Shown here: piece by piece, positions 39,053 through 51,519 of the stretch
How the letters are laid out: each line of letters starts with the position of its first letter
Numbering within the stretch: the first letter of the stretch is position 1
Origin: Octopus vulgaris
Lineage: Eukaryota
Assembly (NCBI GenBank): GCA_951406725.2
Contig: OX597825.1
Coordinates: 48,794,001-48,858,000, forward strand
Length of the DNA: 64,000 nt
Direction: 5' to 3'
Made by a program: the position numbers and the translations under genes
Notes under the pieces: generated by a model
The model's input: the letters and a program-made list of their open reading frames with translations, nothing else
What the model was told of the DNA's origin: nothing
Database searches by the model: none

Positions 39053-40066
39053 GTTAAAAAAACACAAATTGGGACAAGAACGTGAAACATTTTGAAGACG
39101 ACAAAAAAACACACAGACGGGACTTTCGAAGCTCTCAGTCATCAGTCAAGAACCAGATCATCTTCGCAATTTCGGCTGATTAATCTTGAGATTGCTCCAA
39201 TCTGGGCAGCCCGCCAAGGGAAATCTAAGCCAGTCGCATTAGATTCCTTGGAAGAAAACCTCGAAAGTATACAACACGGTGACGGAAAAACGGACGATGT
39301 TACTCGAAAAAAAATTCAAAAATACGTAAAAACAATAACGATAGCACAGATAAGAATACAAAATAACGTAAAAACAATAATAGCAAAACCACGACGTCAG
39401 GACAAGCGTCTTTCGACAGGACGAGTTGAGTATAGGCTGGCTGTGGAACAAGTGCCTGAAGGCAAACGGAGCACAAACAAATACGTGTTGTCACACTAAC
39501 TACTTGATGCGAAAAGGCAGTAGTAGCTAGCTGGTCACGTGAGCACAAAAAGGAGAAAGGGACAGATGAAGAGAGGGAAAGGGACAGGTCAAGTGGGGTA
39601 TAAGGTCTGAGAGGCAGAGAAATGTGGGAGAGGAGGGACGGAGGAAGAGAGAAAGAAGGAAGGGGAACAAGGGAGGAGAAGAAAAAGAGGGAAAGAGACA
39701 GAACAAGGGGAGTGCAAAGGGTTTAGGCAGAGAAAAGTAGGAGAGGGGGGGAAAGAGACAGTGTAGTCGAGTCGTACCAATGTTAGAGAGTAATATACTT
39801 ACAGTATAGGGTCAAAAGGTAGGATACGTAGCCGCCATATACATCAACACAAAAGATGTACATACACACACATATATGTATTTATAGGTATAAATAAATA
39901 AATATATATATATACACATATAAATAAGAAAATGGAGGAACAAATTCATTTCGAACATCAACTTACAGATATTACCATTTCATATTATTTATCAATTAAT
40001 CGCACAAAACAATATACATCAATATGCAAATTAATAATAACATAAGAATAATATAAATAAACTGCT

Positions 40067-40188
40067 CCTTACAGCTGTTTCAGCCCATAGATAAAAGCAT
40101 CTCATTCTGCCTATATTAGTCAAATGTATTTGGGTAATAGGCAGTTGAAAATGAGGTGCTTATATACATCTCAAGGCCTCGTCAGAGA
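40067..40188 (-). ncRNA. Type I hammerhead ribozyme with about 95 nt stem II hairpin
   Basis: UCU CUGACGA GGCC..AAGCACCUCAUU..CUGCCUAU..loop..AUAGGCAG AAUGAGAUGCUU..GGCU GAAA CAGCUG UA AGG. All core nucleotides are canonical. Stem I is 3 bp. Confidence 0.85.
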
Positions 40189-40249
40189 TTATAAATACAA
40201 TCGTAAAAATATAAATATAAATATTAAACAAAATATACACACATTTTAA

Positions 40250-40318
<69 letters not shown>

Positions 40319-40339
40319 TTTTTATATATATATATAAAT

Positions 40340-40445
40340 ATACTGGAATATACATCCTTCACTCATCCAATACAATAAATGAATTAACTTTATTGCAATT
40401 ATAAGCATTTCTATATTTAGTATTTGGGTGCTTCACCAGCAGTAT
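40340..40445 (-). ncRNA. Decayed hammerhead motif with long stem II
   Basis: AUACUG CUGGUGA AG CACCCAAAUAC...GUAUUGGAUG AGU GAAG GAUGUAUAUU C CAGUAU. 6 bp stem I. Core has A6G and an altered GAAA. Confidence 0.5.
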
Positions 40446-40532
40446 TGGATAACTGATATCCATAGTGGGTTACCCTCATAACCCCTATGTTACTTTGTAC
40501 TATATATACATATATATATATATATACATGCT

Positions 40533-40579
<47 letters not shown>

Positions 40580-40698
40580 ATATATATATATATGTAAGCA
40601 GAAAAGTATATACATATACACATATACACGCACAGTTATATATATATATGTTTGTATATATGTATATATACATGTATATGTATATATATATGTATATA

Positions 40699-41411
40699 TC
40701 TATATATATAAAACTCAACTTGTGTGTCTGTGTGTGTATCTGTGTGAGTGTCTGTGAGTTTAACTTCCCGGCACATCTCATCCTAGCCAACAAATCGTAG
40801 AACCAGCAAAAATGGGTCACTTAAAGTTTAGGCGAATGAAAATTGAACTGCGCTATTTCTCTTCCGAAATTCATCTCGCAAGTGCAAAAATCGATAATGT
40901 GTTTGTTTAGGCTTTATCCCATGCATTGAATAATGAACTTTACTCAGCTGTTTGACGTGAAGTGTGTTCACCACGCGTGCAAACATGCATAAATTCATTA
41001 AAAAAAAAAAATCAAGATGTAAAAACGAATCGCCGTAAACATTGTAGAAATTTGGCAAAGAAATGAATTTTCGGGATGTAGCCTGGGGTTTTTCGTATTA
41101 ATCGTTTGGACTTTGTGAACACATACCAATTGTTTTCATAACATTTTTAACGCTTTGAATTAAATGCGACCATTTTGCGTTGAGTCTGCAGTTTGAATCA
41201 CTCTAACCAAATTTTAGCTGGCCGGATTTTTGATCATCACGATACATCGCCAGCGACTCCCTGAAACTGTCCCCTGAAATCCCTGTGGAGAAATCTATAT
41301 ATATAAAACTCAACTTGTGTGTCTGTGTGTGTATCTGTGTGTTTGTCTGTGTGTTTAACTTTTGGATCTACCAAGTTTCATTATTAAGGATGGAAAGTAG
41401 TGTGTACTAAA
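40699..41411 (+). mobile_element. Two truncated Helitron 5' segments in tandem
   Basis: A|TCTATATATATAAAACTCAACTTGTGTGTCTGTGTGTGTATCTGTGTG at 40699 and again at 41294. Confidence 0.7.
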
Positions 41412-41799
41412 TCTATATGTATAAAGCTGAAGTTGTCTGTGTGTGGCAGGTTTGGTAACCTTCAACTAACACTATCTCCTCCTTGACCCTGCAGCGCAAG
41501 TTGACCAAAATTGAGAGTAGGATAGAAGAAGGCTTGCTCTTTATTCCGTAGAAGATAAAATTCAAATCGGACCATATTAACACCAAACATTATTTACATT
41601 AAAAAGATGCTTTTTTTCTTTGAAAATCCGTATTTTTACGATTTTTGACTGCTGTGTCACCATTTTTCGGTGTATTTCAACTGGAAAAATGTTCACTTGG
41701 AGAGAACAACAAGTTGCATAATGCAAACTTTTTACTTTTCAAAAATTCCAATTCTAAAGGGTCAAAACAGACCCAAGCAACACCGGGTGATACTGCTAG
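41412..41799 (+). mobile_element. Complete 388 bp non-autonomous Helitron
   Basis: A|TC start, subterminal ACCCAAGCAACACCGGGT hairpin remnant, CTAG|T end, no TSD. Confidence 0.8.
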
Positions 41800-41809
41800 T
41801 ATATATATA

Positions 41810-42459
41810 AACATTAATCATAGAACAAACATCAAATTCGAGTCAGTGACTTAATATATAACACCGTAACATTTCATCATATATAAATATTACCATGGCT
41901 CTTAAACATAAAAAGTATACATATATAAAGTACAAAGAATTTGTTGAGTTTCCTGTTCATCCTGATGTGAGGGTCATTGCCAAGAAGCGCTTTAACTCAT
42001 AATCGAACTGTGGCAATGAACTCCTGAAATGGCCATAGGTGTGTTTGACTTGATTTTGTGGAACTCTTTTTGCTCCTGGACTCTAACCTACCATGGATTT
42101 TATGAAACAAATTTTTTGACGTACTCTTTCATTTGAGGGGAGTAAGAAAACTTTTTTTAGTCGATTGATATTTTACTTTATTTAGATTTTTAGTAGCATG
42201 ACACGCTTTAGAATTCTTAGTCGATTGTATATACTTTCTTGCTAGGCCATTCTATATACCTGCATTTTTATTCACATATATATTTTTTACCTTTGTTGTT
42301 TTTTATGTATGTATAATTTGTATGATTTTTCTTTTATATATGTATACTCTATAAGTTTAAGAGCCATGGTAATATTTATATATGGTGAAATGTTTGGAGA
42401 TACGGTGTTATATATAAAGTCATTGACTCGAATTTGATGTTTGTCTTATGATCAATGTT
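41810..42459. repeat. About 120 bp inverted repeats (41810-41929 / 42332-42459) enclosing a hammerhead motif
   Basis: ACAAACATCAAATTCGAGTCA...TATAAATATTACCATGGCTCTTAAAC is repeated in reverse complement. Confidence 0.88.
41958..42041 (+). ncRNA. Type I hammerhead motif with long stem II (A9 altered)
   Basis: CAUC CUGAUGU GAGGG UCAUUGCCA...UGGCAAUGA ACUC CU GAAA UGGCCA UA GGUG. 4 bp stem I, 9 bp perfect core of stem II, palindromic stem III. Confidence 0.72.
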
Positions 42460-42599
42460 GCAGTCCTATAAACCCTTTGTTTCCATAAAAAGGAGACAAA
42501 AATGATTTCTTGTCGTATATATATATATATATATATATGGGGCGGGATCTAGCTTGACCCTGTCTGAGATTTGAAACCAAATCCACTGGCTTGTTGGTA

Positions 42600-42629
<30 letters not shown>

Positions 42630-42638
<9 letters not shown>

Positions 42639-42980
42639 TGTGAGTCTGTGTTTGTCCACACAACATCGCTTAACAACAGATGCTGATGTGTTTGCGTCAC
42701 CGTAAACGTTTCGGCAAAAGTACTAGGCTTACAAAAATAAGTCGTAGAGTCGATTTGCTTGACTAAAGTCGGAGCTCTAGCATGGCCGCCGTCAAATAAC
42801 TGAACAAATAAAGAATATATATATATATATATGACGGGCTTCTTTCAGTTTTCGTCTATCAAATCGATTTACAAGTTATTAGTGATCCCAGAGCTATAGT
42901 AGCTGACACTTGTGTAAGATACCATGCGGTGAGACTGAGCCCGGAACTATATGTTTAGGAAGTAAAGTTCCTGCCACACA
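42630..42980. mobile_element. Two SINE family B halves (3' half on +, 5' half on -)
   Basis: 42630-42815 matches the tail. 42832-42980 matches the reverse-complemented head. Confidence 0.7.
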
Positions 42981-43829
42981 TCTACATTTGTGCCTTATAT
43001 ATTTAGGACCTGTAGCTGGAAAATATTGATCAATCACTAGGGAATATAGAAAGAATTTCATACGCTTGCTGGAAGACATTGAGTTAAATCAGTTCTGTCG
43101 TGTTACACGATTTGTGAGGTAATTCCAGTGAGTAGTACTAAGCCCGATAGGAAAGGATTTGTCGATTTACGAGCAGAAACAGGTAAAAGGAAAAGAAAAA
43201 GCTAAAAAGAGGTCACGAAATATAGTTTTTTTCCCTTGAAACATAAAAAAACTCATGCAAGACAAAATAAGTAGAATAAAAACAAAAGGATTCTATGAAA
43301 ATAACACAAAACAAATTAAATAATCTTTGCAGAAGAGATGTTCTTGTTAACATGTCACGTTACTAACTATCTACTCTTAAAACATATCTTCAAGTGATAA
43401 ACTTTTTGAGTTTCAGTGGGCCATAAGCTTATTTTAGTCTTCCGTAGCCTCTACACATATCACACAATTACAGAAGCTTAATTAGTCGTGATTAACATCA
43501 GTACAATTCCTTTCGCTTCCCAAATGTAAGAGGAAGAAGTGAAATTACAATATTTTCTTTTTATAATTCACACAGACAAACATACGCATTCACACGCACA
43601 CACACACACATCACACAAGCACACCGGTAAAGTTATATAAAAGAAAATAAGAAAATATTTCGAGAACATTAGCATGAAATAAAAAGACAAAAATTCATTT
43701 ATATCAAAAGATGCAACTGGTTTGAATTGCTAAAACATCATACAAATGAGAACTATTTCATTTTCACTTTGATGATAGTAATTTCGAAAGCTTACGCTTT
43801 TATTAGAAATTTTACAAGGTAGTCTCTTG

Positions 43830-44070
43830 CAGTATAATTTCTTGCTGAACAACCGCACAAATGATTTATTTATTGTGATCAAATGTTTGTGTCCACATAA
43901 GGTCACTTCTCTATCAAATCGACATTACTTGCACAGGTGCAACGACGTGCCGCATAGGTGAAAATGAAATGTTTTGCTCAAGAACATAATGCAATGCCCG
44001 GTTTGGGAATTGAAACCACGATCTGGCTATTGTGAGTTGAACACCCTAAGCACTAAGCCACGTACCTTCA
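43830..44070 (-). mobile_element. tRNA-headed SINE fragment
   Basis: Minus strand GTGGCTTAGTGCTTAGGGTG...GGTTTCAATTCCC (A and B boxes) then GTTCTTGAGCAAAACATTT. Confidence 0.6.
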
Positions 44071-44423
44071 TACACACATGCGTGTGCGTACGTACGCACG
44101 CAAGCACTTATGCAGGCACGCACATGTATGCATGTTTGTATGTATGTAAGTATGTGTGTATATCATTATTCAGTTTTATTTCAAGATTTCTTACAAATAG
44201 TCGCAGAAGTGGCTGTGTAGAAAGACGCATTCTTCCCAACCACATCACTCTGGGTTCAGTCCCACTGCGTGGCACCTTGGGCAAGTATATATAGTAAAAT
44301 ATGTAGAAAACACAAAAAGGGGAAGAGAAATGCCTTCATTTCACATAATTTTGTTATCTTTTTATAAAAATATATATATATATACATATTTCATAGATAG
44401 TATAAGTCTCATAAAAAGTAGTG

Positions 44424-44467
44424 ATATCCAACCGGATTTCGCTATTTCAATTAGCTTCAAGGGACAT
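44424..44467 (-). ncRNA. Hammerhead motif with a 2 nt core deletion
   Basis: AUGUCC CU[--]UGA A GCUA AUUGAAA UAGC GAAA UCCGG UU GGAUAU. 6 bp stem I, 4 bp stem II. Confidence 0.65.
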
Positions 44468-44599
44468 TGTGAAGTAATCATTCTTTGAGACAAAGGAATC
44501 ACGCCATTTTGGATTTTTTGAAAAGTAAGGATGAATGGAGAGAGTGGATAAAGGGAGGTAATAGGTGCAAGGGGAAATAGGAATGTGTAGGGATGAGGT

Positions 44600-44955
44600 C
44601 GTCAAGTTTCTATATGAAGGTGTGGGCTGTACTTTTGTATGAACATGTTTTCTTTGTTTAGGAGTTCTTGTAAGGAGATTAATCATTGCATTGGTATAAT
44701 GGAAAAATATGGAAATTTGGTGTTTTATGTCTTGCGCATCTGTCAGTATGTTCGCGCAGAGCAATCTGCCTGTATTGAGGAAAAAAGAATCTGTTCTTTA
44801 TGCAGCGTAACTCTGCGTCTCAAAGTAAGGCTCGTTTGGCTCACATAAGTATGGCCAGAACCTGAGCAGGTTAGGGCATAAATTAGGTTCTGGGAGGGAA
44901 TGTGAAGTTGTTGTTAACTGGAAAGTTTCCTCCTTGCTGGAATTTGAATTCCGAT
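44600..44955 (-). pseudogene. PLE GIY-YIG endonuclease relic
   Basis: NLIYALTCSGSGHTYVSQTSLTLRRRVTLHKEQI...DRCARHKTPNFHIFPLYQ across frameshifts. Confidence 0.75.
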
Positions 44956-44983
44956 ATATATACATGTATGTATGTATGTGTAT

Positions 44984-45018
<35 letters not shown>

Positions 45019-45074
45019 AATATACATACATGCATATATATATATACATACACACACATATATGTATGTATGTA

Positions 45075-46905
45075 TTTTTCAGTGGGTATTCTCTTTTTTC
45101 TGATCTTTAGCTTTACGTTAATATCCGCTGGACAGCTGATTTCCACAAACGTACACAATTTCTTTTCTTTGTCCCTGATCATTATATCAGATATGTTGTA
45201 TTGACATTTTATTGGGATTTTCACTGGAACATTCCACCAGTACTCCGTTTTATTATGAGTGGCTATGGCTTCTACCATAGCGTGGGCTATTAGTTCTTTA
45301 TCTCGGGGTTATCCTTCCTACGTATTTATTTATATAGTGTGTCCTAGCTACAGCATCATGTCTCATCGGTAGATAATACCGTGTTGACATTTTCGAATAA
45401 CTGCTTATGATGTGGGCAATAGTTTTGGTTTTAACTCCACAAAGTCTGCATAGGTTGTCACATTTTACTGCTTTTCCTGCATCTCTGTCCCTTTTGTGCA
45501 TCAGGTATTTGGTTGAGATTTCCTGTTCCTGGATTGCAAACGCATACCTTTCAAAATGGGGTGAAGTAATCCTGTTGTTGGTCCATGATAGATTGCTTTG
45601 ATCAATGTTAATAACATATCAGAGCTTTCTACTAACATACCTGTGCAGGGTCTTCTGCTCATATACACTCAGCCTTCCATCTGATGATATGTTGCGGAAG
45701 AGTCGTGCGACTTCTTTGGGCATGTATTCAACGTTATCAAACAAACAATGCTGCTCAAGAAGCTGCCTTCCAGGTCTTCTCTTTTCCCAACCGTATAGCA
45801 ACATTTCTCCTGTCTAAATTCCCACCCTACATTCTTTGAGAATGTTGTAACTAGGTCAAGGCTCTTTTTCATCTCATGCATATTCTATGGATGTAGCTTC
45901 AAGTCATCCACAAAGAAACACTAATTTTGGTGTTTGTTATCTTGTAAACCAGTGAGATATCCTTCAGACGTCCTTAGCATGAATGATAAGGGGTTTACAA
46001 AATGTATAAGCAACATCACATAGAGGTTGTCTCCTTGGAATATACCTCAGCGAAACTGTATTCCATCAGTGATAATACAATCACTCTTTGTGTTCAATTT
46101 CAAGATAGTGGCCCTTGATGATGTCAGGTTAGCTATGACTTTGATTATGCTCACTGGAACTTTAGCAACTTGAAGGGTTTCTAGAATAGGGAACAGAGTC
46201 AGAGGCTTTCTTCTCGCCTAGCCACCTTGAAACTAGGTTTCTCCTATGCTCCTGCACCTCTGACATTACTGTTTTGTTTATTAACAATTGTTCGGTACAC
46301 CCCCAAACTTCCTTCTTCTGTGTGATGATGTTACTGTCACAACGGTTTTGGAGGAAGACGTTTAAAGATGCTCTAAATATTTTATACATTAAATTCTGGC
46401 GTGTAATCAGCCGGTATTTTTTTGCCATGTGGAAGGTTTTGCATTTGGGGATCAGTTTTGTCCCTGCCAGAGCTTGCTGGTACAGGTTGATAAGATATGG
46501 TCCAACAACCAAGTCTCTTCTAGGTACTTTTCTATCCTGAAGTTTCTGGATCACAATTACAGAGATAACATCAAAAGTGTTGTATGTCTTGGGGGTAATG
46601 TAGGGACAATTCTACCTCTTCGAAATTCTACCTCCCTCTGTCCAGATTTTCCTTTAGGAGTCTTCTCCTGAAAGAGATTCTGTGCTGTTCACTGCTTCTC
46701 CTTTCATGTCTCCGTATACTGCTGCCTGGTTCCAGTTAAATGGTTTATTAATTGTTTTTCTCTGGGTTATTCGCTTCTGATGTCGGAGTTTCTCGCTGAT
46801 AGCTTTTAACTCCTGCTTCAGGGTAATCAGTTTGCAAGGGAATGTCTTATTTTGCTGTCTCCAAACAACACTTCTATTTCCTTCTTCACTTTTTGTTGGT
46901 GTGAC
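45075..46905 (-). mobile_element. Old R4/Dong-like RLE LINE relic
   Basis: GCTEQLLINK, GIFQGDNL, FVDDLKL, AIQEQEI, CRLC..HIISS, RHDAVAR and DIMIRD..VEISCPAD. Many stops and deletions. Confidence 0.8.
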
Positions 46906-48958
46906 GTATATTGATTTGCTTCTATGTATGTATGTACTTATGTATGTTTGTATGTATGTATGTATGTATGTATGTATGTATGTATGTATGTATGTATGTA
47001 TGTATGTATGTATGTGTGTGTATGTGTGTATGTATGTATGAATAAAAACGTGAGAATGCATGAATATTTGTGCGTGTGTATTCTCATATATAAATTTGTA
47101 TACTGCCCTATGTTTCTTTACTTACGGGAGTGTGTATATGGCGACACTAACACTTGACCATAAACACTTCACATCCTTTTACTAGTTACACTTTTCGGAA
47201 CGTTTTCATCAGTTCATACTATTCATCACGTATAGATACACGTTCTGCTAAATTCAATAAGTAACATCCACTCAGTATAACACAGACATTCATATATACA
47301 TCGGCACTCATCTTACTCCTTCAAACACTTTCCCTCCCATTTAAATACACACACAAACTTGATAAAGTTCTTAAAGGCATTTTCACCTTTGTTTTAAGAT
47401 ATACAGACACATATATCCCGTAAAATTTATATAACGACTAATTTTCTGTTTATCATTGAAATTTATCCTGAATAAGAAAATCAAATAGTTTCTTTCCCAG
47501 ACGAAATTTTAACTGAATCTAATAAGCTTTCAATATGATGTGAAAAATTTATCTAATATTAAATTAATCCATTTATCAGTTAAAATCTGTTATTCTAAGA
47601 TTATAAGTCTACATGATTAGGACGGCGTCGTGATTTGAACAAAACAAACATTCATTAATCCATTACAAACGACAGGACGGACGTCTTTGACGGAAATCTA
47701 TTTTCTGTAACATTTTATTAATCGAACAAGAGGTTGCGAAACAAATGCACTCTATTGAATAAAATGCTGTCGGTTATAATCCAGTATTTATGAGTCTTAG
47801 TGAGATTGTAACATAACGAATGGCAGCAGAATCCTGTCAATGGTGACAGAAATCTTGATATAAAAGACTGGATGTGCCATAATATTGTTTGCCCAATGGT
47901 TCTGTGTTTGTTTTATTCCTGTTGTTAGTAATATTCACGTATGACGACAGCAGTAAATTGATAAAAGCAGAATCGTTTTACCGAAATATGAGAGATGTCA
48001 GCTCTACTATGAAACCAAATACAAAAATATAACACTACTTGAATGAAAACATGATAATACTGTAAATGAAAATGTTATCATATATCGAGATAAACATAAT
48101 ATTGATTTTTCACATTATCACGAGGCGATAACACTGAAATGGAGGCGTCTGCTCCTTTGAAGTGGTAAAGTATATGATTGCTATTTATTTTTCGACCAAG
48201 TGAGAAGAAAATTTGCAATAACATTATGATAGATACAATATTAATGTGAACCTGTTTATGAATATGCTTTATGCGTGCTGCGTCTGTGTGGATTTTCATA
48301 ACTGTCGTGTGTGGCCATTCTTCTAAAAGACAGGTATTTTGTTATTCTAATTAACCAATAGACACACTTCAATCATAATGTGTTATTTGTAAAAGTATGC
48401 AGTGTAAGCCATCGCAATCATGTCCAACAGGACCTACGGTATAGACTTCTTAAAAAGGTGTAGCGTCAATCCAGTTAGGCTATTGTGAGCTAAATTTTTT
48501 AAACTACTATATATAACGAACGTAAAGGTGGGAAAATCGGATAGGGAAAGATTTAGACCAGCTTTTCTTGGTTCGAAAGGTCAAACCTACTTCATGTGTT
48601 TCTAGTTCAAATCTCAATTGTATATTACCCCAATTAACCTAGTTGTTGACAATACCCGCCGAAGTAAATTCTCTAAGACCATTATCCGTGATAATCCAGC
48701 GTCCTCTCAAAACATTTTTCTCTTCCTGATGTCATGAAACCACAACTAAGCATCTGTTCTTAAATGCCTGTCAGAATTGGGAAATATTTACATGTTTCAT
48801 GTCATTTATAGGGAAAGACAATTAAACTTCTAAAAACAACAAAAACAACATAAAAAAAACAAAAGATGTTTGTTACACTGAAGCAAAATTTTCTATAAAA
48901 GCTCTCCAAGTTACAGCACGGGTACAAATCCATTTATAAAGAATGGTAAATGAAGGAA

Positions 48959-48959
<1 letters not shown>

Positions 48960-49042
<83 letters not shown>

Positions 49043-49088
49043 CACCACCACCACCACCACCACCACCACCACCACCACTACTACTACT
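48960..49088. repeat. Compound (CTA)n-(CCA)n-(CTA)n microsatellite
   Basis: Direct reading. Confidence 0.97.
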
Positions 49089-50998
49089 TACACAGAATCT
49101 ACATAAAGAAAATCAAACTTCCATGTATTATTTGAGTTAAGAGGCGAAAACTCGTTATTCCAATGTTTACAGATACCTTTTTTATCAATGATTCTTCAAT
49201 CACAGTTAAATTATTTTGTTCCTGTTGATTGTTAAATTTTGATTTTGTTTCCAAATTCCCTATTTTCCTTCACTTCTTGTTGATGTAGCATTCAGCTAAA
49301 TCAACAAGAAATTATAACATTATCTAACACATAACTACAGAACTAAAGATAGATTTTTCAGGCTGCAGGTTATAATGCATTGGGAAGTATATTATAAAAG
49401 AAGAATTGACTTCTTCAAAACGGTAATTCACAAAACTCGTATCTATTTCGCTTTGTTCATATATTTCAGCTTTACCATGAGAATTGTTTCATATCAGTTC
49501 TTGCAGTTCGCCTATAAAATTAAGCATTTATTGCCAATGTTAATAATAGAAGAAAAGAAAAATTATTTGCAAGTTTGTATTAAAGTTATTATCGTTTTCT
49601 ACTGTTTATTTCATTCAAAGAAAATTCTGGACCTCTTTAAGTCATAAGTTTCTATGGAAGCGCGAAATAGTTAATTGATCTGATTATTGAGTAAATTCCT
49701 TAAAGCAGTTATGTTCTTTAAGCATAAACTGTACTTCTTATCATGTATATCCAGAGATTCTGAATGAAATGACGTCACTGGATATCAGGATATCACAGCC
49801 ATTTGTATTCTTCAAAACTTCACTTGTTCAAGTAGTCTTTCTGCTTTCCCAAAAAAAAAAAAAAAAAAAGAGAGAAATTCTTGAAAAGACACATTTCGTA
49901 TATAGAAGTTCCATTTTTCAATAGTATACTGGAAACTTGCCAACATGTTCAGCAGAAGTCTTCTCCAACACAATACCCGCTTCGATTTATTCCCAAACAC
50001 ATTGTCCATTTCAAAGAACGCATTCTTTGATTTACTATGTATCAAAGAATCGATCGTTAACTGATTGATAATCGATTGCTATTTTCTCAGTTAAAGACTG
50101 GTCATTGTTCCCTATTGCGAATATGTGTTTGTTTGTTTTTATGTTAGACGAAGCAAGTTTATATGACATAAACTTAGAAGAATCTTTATCATATTTATAT
50201 AAGACCATTTTGTTTGACTGAGAAAAATAGTATCATCTCTCAAGACAATATATTTCATCTTTTCCCATATAACTGTTATGTTGATTCAATATTTAGAAAC
50301 AAGACGGTGGATGTTGAAGCGAGATAGTAACATAAGTGGTTATAAGAAATAACAAGTAATTGTCCCCACGGGCCAACAACGCATATTTGCTTTTACGGTT
50401 GTTTTCAACAAAACTTATGACTTTTTCATATTTCCTTGTTACGAAAACTTAATGAATCCTCGGCGGTCAGGAGCCAGATTAATATTGTTTTGTTCATTAA
50501 TGTTGATTAGTGCACTAGGCTGAGATTGAAGAATACGCCTTGCATTTATGCGGTTCAAGGTTCAATCTCACTGGGCAAGTAATTTCTACAATATCCTCAG
50601 AGGCGGAGGGTATGGCAGAAACTGAATAATTAGAAAATGTGTGGAAGCTGAGTATGTACTAAAGGTAGGATGGAGTGTTTCTGGCTGGGAGGGATAGCTT
50701 TAACACTACATTTGATATCCCAGTTTAATACTGTTATAATAATCGATGATCAAATATAACACCTTTAATTTATTCGGGTGCTTTAAAGATGTACAAGCTC
50801 TTGCGAGAATTTGGACCAATTTTAGAATAATGCAGTATTTCAATACACTCCTTTCTACTACAACAGCAACCAACGTGTGATAAATTCTTTCACCATCTCT
50901 AATGTAGAAAGCAAATGTATAATGAAATTTTCAACTTTTTCCTCTCCACCTGTCTCGGATATCGTACAAAGATTGATGGGTCCTTATATTCTCTATTA

Positions 50999-51304
50999 GT
51001 GGAGGCACATGACCTAGTGGATAGAGCAGCGGACTCGCGGTCGAGGGATCGCGAGTTCAAATCTCAGACTGGGCGATATGTGTGTTTATGAGCGAAACAC
51101 CTAAGCTCCACGCGGCTCCGGCAGAAGGTAATGGCGAACTTCTGCAGACTCTTTCGCCCCAAATTTCTCTCACTCTTTTCTCCTGCATCTTGCAGCTCAC
51201 CTGCGACGGACCGGCGTCCAGTCCAGGTTGGGAACCTATGCACCAAGGAAACCGGGAACCGGCCCTATGAGCCAGGCATGGCTCGAGAAGGAACAAACAA
51301 CAAC
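50999..51304 (+). mobile_element. Full-length tRNA-derived SINE with V-domain-like segment
   Basis: A box GACCTAGTGG, B box GAGTTCAAATC, CCTGCGACGGACCGGCGTCCAGTCCAGG (V-SINE-like), (AAC)n tail. Confidence 0.8.
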
Positions 51305-51519
51305 ATTCTCTATTGAAGACAGAAAAGTGACATTTTAAAATATTTATACTAGATTTGATATTATTCCGAAATGTTGACAGTATATTGTTTAGAAGCAACA
51401 TACTATATAACAACAGCTATTTATAGCCTAATAACTTATCAGCCTGCTCACAGCTAACAGAGCTCGGACAGGAGCTATGTTTTCGTAATATATGTATATA
51501 TATATATATATATATATAC

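Noticed and set aside
38298-39142. YI/CV repeat ORFs here and throughout the window
   Set aside because: (TA)n and (TG)n microsatellite artefacts.
39115-39150. Minus-strand CUGAUGA...UUCGAAA
   Set aside because: Stems I and III do not form.
47181-47220. Minus-strand CUGAUGA-AAACGUUCC-GAAA
   Set aside because: No stem III or stem I complementarity.
51001-51075. tRNA-Arg-like gene
   Set aside because: The acceptor stem does not pair and it continues into a SINE body and tail. It is a SINE head.
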